64,000 bases of DNA from Alphaproteobacteria bacterium (GCA_041396725.1 JAWKYA010000003.1:13323-77322); one strand, 5' to 3'. Numbered from the stretch's first letter, positions 42,747 through 53,145 are shown. The notes: a model not told the origin generated them from the letters alone. Made by a program: numbers and translations.

Positions 42747-45700
42747 TTACGGCGCCACCTTCAGCCGTTCGCTTGCACCTTTGCCATAGACATCGGGATC
42801 GTACATTTCCTCAGCATGAATAGGCATTGCCGCGAATTCACCTTCGGCAATCGCCTGCGCCGTATAGGACAGATGATAATTTCCCGGCGGTAAATAATCG
42901 GAATAGAACCGGACACTGTCGTGGCGGATTTCTTGATGATAGAAGCTCCACCGCGAGACGTTATAAGAAATCCAGTCGCTGAATTTAAACCACCATGCTC
43001 CACCTGCCGCTTTAAATTCACCTTTATCCGCATCGACCCCTGATGCAGTGGCAAGATCGCGATTAACAGGCTCAAGACCGCCCGGCACCGGATCATCGAC
43101 CACAACGAAGTTCCGCGCCGCCGCTAGCGAGAGATAGATATCCACGCGCACCAACTCACCGCGCTTTAGCTCGTGAGGGTTCTTGAGCAAGACCCATTGC
43201 TTATTGCGTTCAACGCTATATTCGCGATGGATTTCGATCCCCGCATTCGTACCCGTCGCCGCTTCGTCGAGCGGTGCATAGCTCACGCGGGTAGCATAGT
43301 AAAGCCGTCCCGCACCCTGACGGGTGATTTCAACGGCAGCCTTGCGACCCACATCGCCCTTATCGATGGGGCGCTCGAAGGTCACAGGCTGATCCCGCAG
43401 ATCCGCAAAACTCGCCTCGCCAAAGGCTTGCGCATCCATGCTGGCCTGTACGGTCATGGCAGGTTTTACAGTCTCGTAAACCCGGCTGTAATCCACCAAA
43501 GCCTTCATGCAGAACATGTTCTCTTGGGTGTTTTCCCAATGATCACGATTCTTACGCGTTTGCGTGATGGTTCGTACCAGCTTGAACGGCACATCGGCCA
43601 CCAGTTCCTTGGTTGCAGGTTTTTCGCCCATCGCAGTAAAAAGATCGAGGATGGCGCAGTTTTCCCGCAATGGACTAGCAAGAATGCGCGTATAACTATC
43701 GTCGAGATCTTCACTAAAGATAAACTTGCCGCCGGTCTGGTTGGCTTGAGCCAAGATCATCTTAGCGGCTTCCAGTACCAAGGCCTCTTGGCCCGGCACA
43801 TTCAGCGCCGCCAGAGCGTAATGGGTCTTCCCAAAGAGACTCATCTGTTTCAGATAAGGCTTATATCGATCAAGATCCGCACGCGTGATCTTACCGTGCT
43901 CGGCCAAGGCCGCCAGGGCAACCGCTCGAACTGTCGAGCGCATTCCGTCGGAATAAAAGTCTGGCGCTGCATCCCGTCTTAAAAAGTTCAAAAGATAGAC
44001 GTGCAGTTTCTCTTCCACGTGTTCGGGAATAGTATGACCGCTGTGCCGCAACCAATTAAAGGCCAAGGCCGTGTAGGCACTAAGATAAGGATCGGTATAG
44101 CGATCCTCGGCCACGAAGTACGCCATACCGCCATTCGGCGCTTGGAATCCTGCCGCTAAAGACAAACTCTCATCCGCGAGGGTTTCACCTGCTTTCCAGG
44201 TAAAGCTGGTCGGCAAATAGTCTTTGAGATCTTGAAAGTGCGCAGCGAAAACGCCCTTGGTTAAGATCTGCTCCCAACAGAGATAAGCGTAATTCCGCAT
44301 ATAGCGGAATGCCCCTTCGATATTGGCGATCACCGTCGGCGAGACCACCACACTGACCGATCCTATATCGGGATGGATCTTGTCGGGAAAGGCGATCGCC
44401 TCGTCGACCTTCACGGCATCGGTCGTGCCATAGGTAGCCGCCGTTTCGAGCGACCGGCGCTTTTCAATGGGAAGGATAAATTCCATCCCATCGGTATCAA
44501 GATCATCCCCTGCCCGAGCAACGAAACGGATCTGACCTTCGGTTTGATCGCGGGTTGCCTTCACGATTGCCGCCTGAATGGGCATCAAGACCGTTACCCG
44601 CTTATAGGGTTCAAGGGTCACGGTTTCCGTGTAGCTTGCTGGAGTTTTCGCCGTATCGATATCGCCGCTGGCCTCGATCGAAACTTTCAGTGTACGCGGC
44701 TTATCCGTTCGGTTCATGACACTGAACCCAGCCTTAAATGCATCGCCTTCGGTAGTTTGGTTCGGCATCACCGACCTGACTTCGGTGGGGCGGTTAACTT
44801 TGAAGCTCGATCCCCCCAATCCCATCCGATCGGTTGGCGTCGCCGCCATCGCCAAGATCCGCCAACCCGTCAAATTGTCGGGAACGTCAAATTCAATCGT
44901 TGCATTGCCTTGCGCATCGGTTTGCAGTGACGGATTCCAATAGCTGACGAATTTAAAGATATTGCGCATCGCTAGATCGCCGCCGCCGTCGCCGCCCACA
45001 TTGGCGCCTTTTTTCTCGAACTTCTGGCGACCGACCAACCGCGTTAAGAGGCTGTAGTTCCGCAGATCTAAATCTTCAAGACCATAGAACCCTCGATAGG
45101 GATCGAAATAGTCTTTCCCACCCAAAATCAAATCGAACACCGATTCATCTAACACCGCCACCGCGAGCTCGATGGGTTCCGCTTGGGCGCTCGCATGCTT
45201 GGGTTCAGCATGAAGTTGAACCGTCACCTTATCGCGGGGACGATAAACCTCTTGATCGGTTTTCGCCGTTACCGTCATTTCCTTGTAGGGATCTTTGACG
45301 GGAACCTTCACATACCCCATCCGAAAAGTCGGCTTGCCCAGATCGACCTGTCCATTTTCTAATGGTTTATCGACACGCGGTGAGATCACCGTAACCGATA
45401 GATAAAATCCTGGCAGATAGTCAGGTTTAACCGGCAATTCAAAGACCGGGGTGCTTCCCTCAAGAACTTGGACGAAATGGTCAATGATGCCATACCGCTC
45501 AACGGTGATCAGCGCTGTTGCCCCAGGATAAGGATTTTTAATTAAGTACCGGGCTGTATCGCCAACCTTGTACTCTTCCTTTTCGGGAATGATTTGCAGA
45601 TAAGAATCGTTTTGCTCGTTCCACAAAACGTAATCCCTACCCGTTACCCAGATATTTAACTGGCTAGAGTGCGCATCGCCCTTGGTATCCTTGATCTCCG

Positions 45701-48700
45701 CTGTCAGACGATAGCTTCCCGCTTCGTCGGGCGTAAATTGACAAGTATTAGGTGCATCGCTTGAGGTGCCCTGGCACGTGGCCACTTCCTTCCACGCAGT
45801 GGTGAAGTTGGTGATATAGGCGTTACCTGCTCCCTTCACCCGTGCGGCGTTGGTGACTTGGCGTTCGATCTTGATCCCAACTGCTGTACCTTTTGCTGGC
45901 ACACCACGTTCATCGACAACGATGTAATCGATCGCTGCGGGCACGGATGCATTATACAGCCACTTTGGCGCATAAAGCCCAACCAAGCGATCCACACCTA
46001 CGTACGTAGCTTGACTTTGCGCCGCGATATTTTTACCGCGATCATCCTGCACCGCACTTTCCACCACCAAGGTCCCATAAACCGTTCCTTGCTTGGGTAC
46101 GGTGAACTTATGGTGCACCTCTCCATTAGCGTCCAACGGCTGGATCTGCTGATAGACTTCTTGGCTTTCTTCATCAGGTTCATTCGGGCCAACGAAACTA
46201 AACTTACTGGCCACAGGGTGCCGAGAGACAAAGGTCTTGCTCTCAAGAATAGCGGTTATCCGTGCCGAGGCATCGGTGTAGGCACCGCCAGAATGCAGTT
46301 TAGCCGCCGTCGTCACTTCGATTTCTTGACCTGCTTTAAACAGATCGCCGTTCAGTTCATTCGTTACCTTAAAGGGGGAAGGCGTGAAATCACTGACCAA
46401 GACATCCATGGGGAACCAAACAATCTTCCCCTTCGTTGGGCTCGGTTGCGCTTGTGTTACAGCGCTCTCTCCGCCTTCGGTACCCTCCTCGGAGTCCGCG
46501 CTTTCCTCTTCCTCTCCTTCATCATCTACTTCCTCCGCAGCTTTTTTGCCGAAGCTTGAGGTCAGGCGAAACTTGTACCACCCTACCGCTGCTTGCTTTG
46601 CGGTTTTGAACTCACCACTATAGGAACCAAATTCAGACAAGGTGATATCTTTAACTGTGTGAACAACCTGTTCCGTAGGATCGAGGATTTCGAGGGTGTA
46701 GGAAGCATTGGGGGCCGGCACCAAAGTTTTGTCGTTTTGATCCCGGACATAAAACTTATACTGGATGGTATCGCCTGCATGGTAAACGCCCTGAGCCGTC
46801 GTCCCCCACGTGACGATATGACCATATTGTTGTTTGTTATAATGATCGATGGTTTCGCCCGAAGCGCGCCAAGTATCGATGATAAAATCGCTGGATATGG
46901 GCATAACCGCCATATCCTTACCCTTGTCTACGCGAACAAAAAGACGCGTTCGGTTATCGGGGTTATCACCGCTACCCCACCTTGGATTCAAACTCAGATC
47001 GGGGTCAATCGCCTGCGTGCCTGGCAAGATCGCAATACCCTTGGCATCGCTTATGCCGGTCGCCACAATATCCTTGGGCACCGAAAGCTTCGATAGTGCA
47101 TCCTTATAGATCGTGACCTTGGCATCCGTAACGGCTTCGCCCGTGGTTAGATCCGTCACCCAGACAAGCGTACTATAGTGCCCCAACTTGACGTGAAGTT
47201 GATAGGGCGTCACCTGAGCAAACAGACGATTCTCCCGGATCCCACTCTTATTAACCTGGGGCTCCGTACGTAAGTGACCGTAAACGGCACCGGAATTACC
47301 TCCCAGCATCTCGCGAATACCAAAGGGGATAGCAAACTGAATGTCCGGCACCTTCGGAATATCTTGCATCATTTTCTGATTCTGTTTGATGCCCTCGGCC
47401 GTAATACTGCGGTAATCGAAGATGACCTTGTCGAGATTATTGACATACAACGGGACTTCACTATCGATCTTTGATTCGATAACCGCATCATGATGGATAA
47501 TTTCATAATTTGGGCGCCGATGATCGGTCGCAAAGGTCAATACGATCGGTTTTGCTAACTTGCGGCCAAATTCATCCTCTAGGTCTGTAAGGGGCTGTTC
47601 GCTAAATAACGAGAGAATCCAATGCCAGATTTTCGCAAAGAACCCAAGCTCGCGTGCCTTGATAGAAACCTTATAGGTTTGTGCTGCCTTTAACGCCGTC
47701 GGCATGTAGGCGGTAAAGATGTCTGTTTTCTTATGACCACGACCGAGGTTAGAGTAATCTCCGTCGTTACCCCAAAAATCGATATTCGTCCCTGCGGTGG
47801 GATCTGGCGATATCGCAATGTTCTTTTTGATTTGCGATAGAAGGATCGGCGCATTGAACGCCAAGCTGATCGGCGCCAAGGGATTGCACAGCTGAGCAGA
47901 TTGACCATCGTCGGGTGAAATAATAATGGGCTTTTGGTCGTTGGTCGTGCACTTCACCCCTAAGAACTGAAGTTCGGGAAAGGTGTCAAACTTTACGATT
48001 TCTTGTTCCTTATTTCCTTTTTCAGGACCTAAGGCCGAGACCAATCCTGGTTCGACTTTCAGGCTCACCGTTTCATTCTGAGGTAGGTCTTCCTTCGGTT
48101 GAATCAACCATACCCGGCGCGCTTCGACACCATGGACCGTCTGTTGCTGATCATCGCTTTTCTTCGGCGATGACTTTCCAAAAATCATAAAGAAGCCTTC
48201 GCCCGGTACAGGAACGACCCGCGGCTGTTCCCGATCGCGCGGATCGGGCTCAACGATTAAACCCGTTCTTTTGCTAGGATCGTTAACGGGGGTGAAATAG
48301 ACGTGCTGCTCGACCGATTCTTTTGTCACCGCTTGGTTGAGAACAAGGCGCAGAACGGGATGAGCCGGCGCATGCCAAGTTGTAAAATCGCCATAGTTAA
48401 CGTCAGGTCGTTCGGTAGTGAATGTCTCGTGAAAGGCTTCTGCAATCGTCGCGCCATCCTCGGCCGTGATACCAGGATTGACCGTAATCTCGTAAGTCGT
48501 GGCTTCGTTCAGTTGATCCTTCTCTGAAAGATTGCACGCAAGGGCACTTGTGTTCAGCCAGCGCCATTCGCAATTCAGTTCGGGCGAAATCGTGACAGGG
48601 ATTTCCTGTTTCGTACGATCCATTCTGCCGACAGGTACGACCGGACGATTAAATTCGAAAACGATTTGCCGTCGCGACGATACATCTTCTCCTTGCGGGG

Positions 48701-48851
48701 TCATGCGGATAATCCGCAATTCCTTCTGCGCCTCCTTCTGCACCATGGGTGTTGGCGCTGTGGGCGCTGTTTGCGCCAGAACCTCATGACCACTCAGCAC
48801 AATCAAGGCGCATAACAGCAGGGCAGAAAACCGTATCGGCATTTTTTCCAT
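42747..48851 (-). CDS. Bacterial alpha-2-macroglobulin family protein (YfhM-like), thioester-containing.
   Basis: 2034 aa counted from MEKMPIRFSALLLCALIVLSGHEVLAQ (signal peptide). The thioester motif CWEQ is at 44268..44279 (YAYLCWEQILTKG). The track ORF starts further upstream (49007), but that extension is repeat DNA. Confidence 0.85.
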   Translation of the reverse strand: MEKMPIRFSALLLCALIVLSGHEVLAQTAPTAPTPMVQKEAQKELRIIRMTPQGEDVSSRRQIVFEFNRPVVPVGRMDRTKQEIPVTISPELNCEWRWLNTSALACNLSEKDQLNEATTYEITVNPGITAEDGATIAEAFHETFTTERPDVNYGDFTTWHAPAHPVLRLVLNQAVTKESVEQHVYFTPVNDPSKRTGLIVEPDPRDREQPRVVPVPGEGFFMIFGKSSPKKSDDQQQTVHGVEARRVWLIQPKEDLPQNETVSLKVEPGLVSALGPEKGNKEQEIVKFDTFPELQFLGVKCTTNDQKPIIISPDDGQSAQLCNPLAPISLAFNAPILLSQIKKNIAISPDPTAGTNIDFWGNDGDYSNLGRGHKKTDIFTAYMPTALKAAQTYKVSIKARELGFFAKIWHWILSLFSEQPLTDLEDEFGRKLAKPIVLTFATDHRRPNYEIIHHDAVIESKIDSEVPLYVNNLDKVIFDYRSITAEGIKQNQKMMQDIPKVPDIQFAIPFGIREMLGGNSGAVYGHLRTEPQVNKSGIRENRLFAQVTPYQLHVKLGHYSTLVWVTDLTTGEAVTDAKVTIYKDALSKLSVPKDIVATGISDAKGIAILPGTQAIDPDLSLNPRWGSGDNPDNRTRLFVRVDKGKDMAVMPISSDFIIDTWRASGETIDHYNKQQYGHIVTWGTTAQGVYHAGDTIQYKFYVRDQNDKTLVPAPNASYTLEILDPTEQVVHTVKDITLSEFGSYSGEFKTAKQAAVGWYKFRLTSSFGKKAAEEVDDEGEEEESADSEEGTEGGESAVTQAQPSPTKGKIVWFPMDVLVSDFTPSPFKVTNELNGDLFKAGQEIEVTTAAKLHSGGAYTDASARITAILESKTFVSRHPVASKFSFVGPNEPDEESQEVYQQIQPLDANGEVHHKFTVPKQGTVYGTLVVESAVQDDRGKNIAAQSQATYVGVDRLVGLYAPKWLYNASVPAAIDYIVVDERGVPAKGTAVGIKIERQVTNAARVKGAGNAYITNFTTAWKEVATCQGTSSDAPNTCQFTPDEAGSYRLTAEIKDTKGDAHSSQLNIWVTGRDYVLWNEQNDSYLQIIPEKEEYKVGDTARYLIKNPYPGATALITVERYGIIDHFVQVLEGSTPVFELPVKPDYLPGFYLSVTVISPRVDKPLENGQVDLGKPTFRMGYVKVPVKDPYKEMTVTAKTDQEVYRPRDKVTVQLHAEPKHASAQAEPIELAVAVLDESVFDLILGGKDYFDPYRGFYGLEDLDLRNYSLLTRLVGRQKFEKKGANVGGDGGGDLAMRNIFKFVSYWNPSLQTDAQGNATIEFDVPDNLTGWRILAMAATPTDRMGLGGSSFKVNRPTEVRSVMPNQTTEGDAFKAGFSVMNRTDKPRTLKVSIEASGDIDTAKTPASYTETVTLEPYKRVTVLMPIQAAIVKATRDQTEGQIRFVARAGDDLDTDGMEFILPIEKRRSLETAATYGTTDAVKVDEAIAFPDKIHPDIGSVSVVVSPTVIANIEGAFRYMRNYAYLCWEQILTKGVFAAHFQDLKDYLPTSFTWKAGETLADESLSLAAGFQAPNGGMAYFVAEDRYTDPYLSAYTALAFNWLRHSGHTIPEHVEEKLHVYLLNFLRRDAAPDFYSDGMRSTVRAVALAALAEHGKITRADLDRYKPYLKQMSLFGKTHYALAALNVPGQEALVLEAAKMILAQANQTGGKFIFSEDLDDSYTRILASPLRENCAILDLFTAMGEKPATKELVADVPFKLVRTITQTRKNRDHWENTQENMFCMKALVDYSRVYETVKPAMTVQASMDAQAFGEASFADLRDQPVTFERPIDKGDVGRKAAVEITRQGAGRLYYATRVSYAPLDEAATGTNAGIEIHREYSVERNKQWVLLKNPHELKRGELVRVDIYLSLAAARNFVVVDDPVPGGLEPVNRDLATASGVDADKGEFKAAGGAWWFKFSDWISYNVSRWSFYHQEIRHDSVRFYSDYLPPGNYHLSYTAQAIAEGEFAAMPIHAEEMYDPDVYGKGASERLKVAP

Positions 48852-48952
48852 GATCTTTAACTTTAAGGGTTGGTGCACTAAGACCTTGGCCTTATTGCAT
48901 TGATGGATCGGACGAAAGGTTATATCGTGATTTAACAAGCCAAGAAACCCCC

Positions 48953-49035
48953 GGTCAGAACGGGATGGGTCAGAACTGTGGGGATCAGAACTGTGAGCCC
49001 ATGCCACAGGCCAGAACTAACCCAGGCCAGAACGA
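48953..49035. repeat. Five copies of CAGAAC (GTTCTG on the A2M strand) in a degenerate 15-16 bp array upstream of the A2M start.
   Basis: The cores are at 48956, 48971, 48986, 49012 and 49028. The first three lie in 15-bp units GGTCAGAACGGGATG / GGTCAGAACTGTGGG / GATCAGAACTGTGAG. Confidence 0.8.
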
Positions 49036-49183
49036 TAGATCGTTTAATCTGCTGGCTATTTATGTCTCGCGCTGCGGCAAAATTATGGACGCTTTGACTT
49101 AAATTTTCCGCACGCAAGGCGTGTCCCCGGTTACTTTGTTCGATTCGGATTTTTAGGTTACCGGTTATCGATCTCGACGAGAC

Positions 49184-49636
49184 TTAGATCGAGCCAATCC
49201 CTTGCGGTGAGGCTTCTCGTGCACTCGGTGCCGGGCGCTCCGGAAATTGCGTGAGAAACTCGGTCAGGGCAACCGCACGTTCCCCAGCATCGACCTGAGC
49301 GCAGAAGGGGCGGTCGATCACGATCCGAAACCGGACATGGGGGATTCCCGCGCCATCGGCCGTCACGCCCAGGATAGTCGCCTCTTCGGTTCGGCGATCG
49401 ATCCGACGTAGGAACTTGGCGCCCGGCCGTAAATATTCGACCTGATCTCCACGCTTGATGAACATACTGCTGCGCCGGTGCCCGGTTTTATGCATGATCC
49501 CCCCTTGAATCGATGGCCCTCGATCCACCCCATGAGCGCCAATTCTAAATAAACTCACATCGAGGAGAAAGTCCTCCTCCGCGATTTTTTCTGTGCGGAA
49601 GAGTCTTTTCATCGGCGTCATGAGAGGGAGATTCAT
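49184..49636 (-). CDS. Hypothetical protein (~150 aa).
   Basis: An intact ORF with no recognisable motif. The start is uncertain, with candidates at 49717, 49636 and 49612. Confidence 0.35.
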   Translation of the reverse strand: MNLPLMTPMKRLFRTEKIAEEDFLLDVSLFRIGAHGVDRGPSIQGGIMHKTGHRRSSMFIKRGDQVEYLRPGAKFLRRIDRRTEEATILGVTADGAGIPHVRFRIVIDRPFCAQVDAGERAVALTEFLTQFPERPAPSAREASPQGIGSI

Positions 49637-49667
49637 AAGGAGATCCTTCGTCGATGGCGGGCCATGG

Positions 49668-51343
49668 TTAACGCTGTCGCAGAAGAGATCGGATCGGGGC
49701 AGAGGCCGTAATTTCACCTTCGCCCGTATAGGCTTCGTGATTGGCTTCGATTCGATCCAAACGATAGAGGTAGTTGATCATCATACCGAAGGATTGTTCC
49801 ATGCCATTGGCCGAGCGGTCTGCCAGCCAGTTGAGCTGTTCGATCTGGGCGCCATTCGCAAGATGGAAATGGGCGACACGGTCTAGGGCTTTCCCATTGG
49901 GGCGTTTCTCCTCGAGCAGATAGATCGCCGCCAAGTGCATCAAAATCGGTTTCATCGTCTTGGCGAGGGAACCATCTTGCCACCACGTCGGATTGGACAG
50001 AATAGCTGACCTATCTACAGTCATCTTTGCGAGCTGTTTTTGGATACCGCTCGTGCGTTTTTTCCACGGAAGGGGGGCGTTATATACGGGCGGATATAAC
50101 GCTTTTTCATAGCAGTCTTCGGCGAGGAGGCAGTTTTGGGAGTGGTTTGCGGAACGGGTTGGGTGGCCGCAAGGTGATCTTCTAGCCACCGTCGGAATCC
50201 AGGGATAGGCGACAGGGTTGCAAAGGTTTTAATATTCGGAAACTCCAGCAAAATCTGATCGACAACCCGTTTAATTAAGAAATTACCGAAACTTATTCCA
50301 TTAAGCCCTTGTTGTGCATTAGAGATTGAGTAAAATATCGCGGTATCCGCTGTGGTTGGATCGAGAACGGGCGCAGTTTGATCAAGCAAGGCCTGCACAT
50401 TGCCGGCCATACCTTTTGTCAAGGCAACCTCTACAAAAATCAGCGGTTCGTCAGGCATACGGGGATGGAAAAATCCAAAGCAGCGGCGATCGGAATCCAG
50501 GCGATTCTTCAGATCGTCCCAACTGGCGATCGCATGAACCGCCTCATAGGCGATGAGCTTTTCCAGCAAAGCTGCGGACGAACGCCATGTAATCCGGCGG
50601 AGTTCAAGGAATCCCACATCAAACCAAGCTGTGAGTAACCCCTTTAACTCCTCGGCAAGCGCTCCCATATCGGGATCGTTTTTAACCAAGGGCAAAAGAT
50701 CGGCCCGAAGATCAACAAGAAACTTAACACCTTCTGGTAATCCATTGAATTGAGTTAAGAGTTTGCTGCGCGATGTTTCGAGTGCGTGGCGCAATCCGCT
50801 TTCGGCTATACGCCGGTCGGCTGCCGATTCCGCATGCTGGAGGTGCGCAACGGCCTGATCGACGGCCGTCCTATCGGAACCGAATTCTGTCGCTAGGATT
50901 TTGAGAAATTTCGCCCGGCCTTGTTGATTGAGGGATAAATAGCTCCGGCCTAAGCCTGCAGCGCGGGCGCGGGCTGAAACCTCGCCACCCCGCGCATCAA
51001 GGCAGGTTCGCATCCACCCGCGCAGTCGGTCGGCATCTTCATCCGGCAGATCGGGGCGTACCGCCGCTTGCGCAGCATCTCCCCCCCAAACCGAGCCTGC
51101 CAGCCGCTCCCACCACCCCCGCACCCGCAGGGAATTGAGGGTTCGGTCCAGAAGTCGCGGAACAGCAGGGGTTGTGGCTTCAGAGGTTTCTGGCGGTTTA
51201 ACCTCTGCAGCCGACACCGTCGACGCAGCCTTGCGCGCACGCCGCTTAAGTCGTAAGCTCTTGTATCTATTGCGAAAACTGGCTTCTGCCATCAACGCTC
51301 TCCCCTGTCTTCGCCTCTCCCCTATGGCCTCATGCATGACCAA
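49668..51343 (-). pseudogene. Malonyl-CoA decarboxylase with a frameshift near 50135-50150.
   Basis: ORF 50021..51343 carries FFHPRMPDEPLIFVEVAL, FYSISN and TFATLSPIPGFRRWL. ORF 49668..50189 carries the C-terminal LDRVAHFHLANGAQIEQLNWLADRSANGMEQSFGMMINYLY. The frames switch around cccaaaactgcctcc. Confidence 0.75.
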
Positions 51344-51383
51344 GCAAAACCGCTTAGCTCTAGAGAAGTTCCCAACCCTGGAA

Positions 51384-53141
51384 TCAGACTGATCGAGATC
51401 TTATATTTTTCAGCGCTTTAGGGATAAGATCGGGAAGATCTGAGGCGATAAGTCCCGACCCTCCCAGACCCAGACCGCCACCACTACCGCCATCCCACGC
51501 CGGACAGCCAGTGTCATACATTCTATGGTCATGGAGCATCCGATCGTAAATCCGCGCTGCCTCCCCATGAAGATAGATAGCAGCCGCAGCCGCCTTGAAC
51601 AGGGGCATACCTTGAGTAACCAAGCCCAGAATGATCCCTGCCAGAACATCCCCCGATCCTGCTGTGGCCAAGCTGGCAGGGGCATCGGCATTGAGAATGG
51701 CTCGGCCATCGGGATGCGCCACAATACTATCCGGGCCTTTGAGGAGGATTGTGACCCCTAATTCCTGCGCCGCTTCACGAACTCGCGCGAGCTTTCCGAG
51801 CGGTTTCCCCTCCTTGAGCAGTTTCCCCTCCTTGAGCAGTTTCCCCTCCTTGAGCAGTTTCCCCTCCTTGAGCAGTTTCCCTGGGGACCCCTCAAGAGGG
51901 ATCGGTTGATTGCGCGATGGAGCGGCAAGATGAGGGAAAAGCCGGCTAAACTCTCCTTCATGTGGCGTGATAATAACGTTATCTAAACTGATGTTATTTA
52001 ATATTTTTCTGTCCTCAGCCACAGTGGAGATTGCGTCCGCATCTAAGACAACGGGCCGTCCGGTTTTGATTGCTGCGCGGCTGCGGGCGGCAGTTTCTGT
52101 GCCAACCCCATTACCAGGGCCGACCAGAATACCGTTCACACGCTCATCAGAAATAATCGATTCAAAATCGGCATCGGTCGTACATGGCTTAACGATCGCC
52201 GTTTCCAGAGCCAGGCTATAGGTCTGTAGGGTTTCGGGTGGACTAGCGATCGCTAGGATCCCTATACCTGTCCGCATGGCTGCACGGGCGGCCAATCGCG
52301 CCGCACCGGTCATCTCCGAACCGCCATTGATTATGGCGTAGCCGCGCTGGTATTTATGTGCATCTAATGCAAAAACAGGGAAGCTATCCCGCCATAAACT
52401 TGGCCGATTAACCCACTGTTGCGGCGAAATTTCTTGGATAATCGTATCGGAGATCCCGATATCCGCTCTGACCAATTCCCCAGTTAAGCTTTTGCCTGGC
52501 AATAGAAAATGACCCGGTTTAGGGCGGGCAAAGGTCACAGTTAGACTTGCGGCGACAGCACTTCCCCAAGCGGGAGACTCCCGTGCCGGTGGGGCTACCA
52601 TGAGACCATCTGGCCCCCGAATGAGCCCATCATCGCCCCCAACACCACTTGGGATATCCACGGCAATAACTGGGATATTTCGCGGAATCGCTGCGATAAC
52701 CTTACGGATATCCTCATCGAGGCTTCGATTTAAACCTGCGCCAAATAAGGCATCCACCACAAGCTCTGCATCAGTGACAACCTCTGGCGTTAGCGCAAGA
52801 ATTGGTCCGGCCCAATGCCGTGCATGATGGGCCGCTTCGGGAGGCAAATCCTCACGCTTTCCTCGAAAAGCGAGGCGAACCGGCCATCCTGCCTCGGCCA
52901 ATAGCCGCGCGACAACAAACCCATCGCCGCCATTGTTGCCGGGACCACAAAGAACTGTGACCAAGCGCTTGGGCCAACGGATCAATATTGCCTGAAAAAC
53001 TGCCGCCCCCGCTGCCGCCATTAAAGCGGTACTGGAAATACCTGTAGCTGTGGTTAAGGCCTCAGCCTGACCCATCTCGGCGCGCGTCAAAAGTGCGGCT
53101 TCATTTTCTAATAATTTAGATGAATATTCATCTTTAATCAT
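51384..53141 (-). CDS. nnr: Bifunctional NAD(P)H-hydrate repair enzyme (epimerase/dehydratase).
   Basis: The N-terminal YjeF_N region has GPGNNGGDGFVVARLL. The C-terminal carbohydrate-kinase domain has HKYQRGYAII, LDADA, ITPHEGEF and LATAGSGDVLAG. The gene contains an in-frame repeat insertion. Confidence 0.85.
   Translation of the reverse strand: MIKDEYSSKLLENEAALLTRAEMGQAEALTTATGISSTALMAAAGAAVFQAILIRWPKRLVTVLCGPGNNGGDGFVVARLLAEAGWPVRLAFRGKREDLPPEAAHHARHWAGPILALTPEVVTDAELVVDALFGAGLNRSLDEDIRKVIAAIPRNIPVIAVDIPSGVGGDDGLIRGPDGLMVAPPARESPAWGSAVAASLTVTFARPKPGHFLLPGKSLTGELVRADIGISDTIIQEISPQQWVNRPSLWRDSFPVFALDAHKYQRGYAIINGGSEMTGAARLAARAAMRTGIGILAIASPPETLQTYSLALETAIVKPCTTDADFESIISDERVNGILVGPGNGVGTETAARSRAAIKTGRPVVLDADAISTVAEDRKILNNISLDNVIITPHEGEFSRLFPHLAAPSRNQPIPLEGSPGKLLKEGKLLKEGKLLKEGKLLKEGKPLGKLARVREAAQELGVTILLKGPDSIVAHPDGRAILNADAPASLATAGSGDVLAGIILGLVTQGMPLFKAAAAAIYLHGEAARIYDRMLHDHRMYDTGCPAWDGGSGGGLGLGGSGLIASDLPDLIPKALKNIRSRSV
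51803..51882. repeat. 18-bp perfect tandem repeat, about 4.4 copies, in frame within nnr.
   Basis: gtttcccctccttgagca occurs four times plus a partial copy. It encodes (GKLLKE)4 in the sequence PGKLLKEGKLLKEGKLLKEGKLLKEGKPLGKL. Confidence 0.95.
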
Positions 53142-53145
53142 TTGA

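Noticed and set aside
42065-46559. Plus-strand ORFs 42065..42823, 43173..43982, 44373..44930 and 45858..46559.
   Set aside because: All are antisense to the intact pbpC and A2M genes and have no recognisable motifs.
48852-49007. Upstream extension of the A2M ORF (MAWAHSSDPHSSDPSRSD...).
   Set aside because: It is a translation of the CAGAAC repeat array. A canonical signal peptide begins at the ATG at 48851.
48956-49033. GTTC-containing repeats as alphaproteobacterial LexA boxes (GTTC-N7-GTTC).
   Set aside because: Successive GTTC cores are 15-26 bp apart, not the 11 bp the LexA direct repeat requires.
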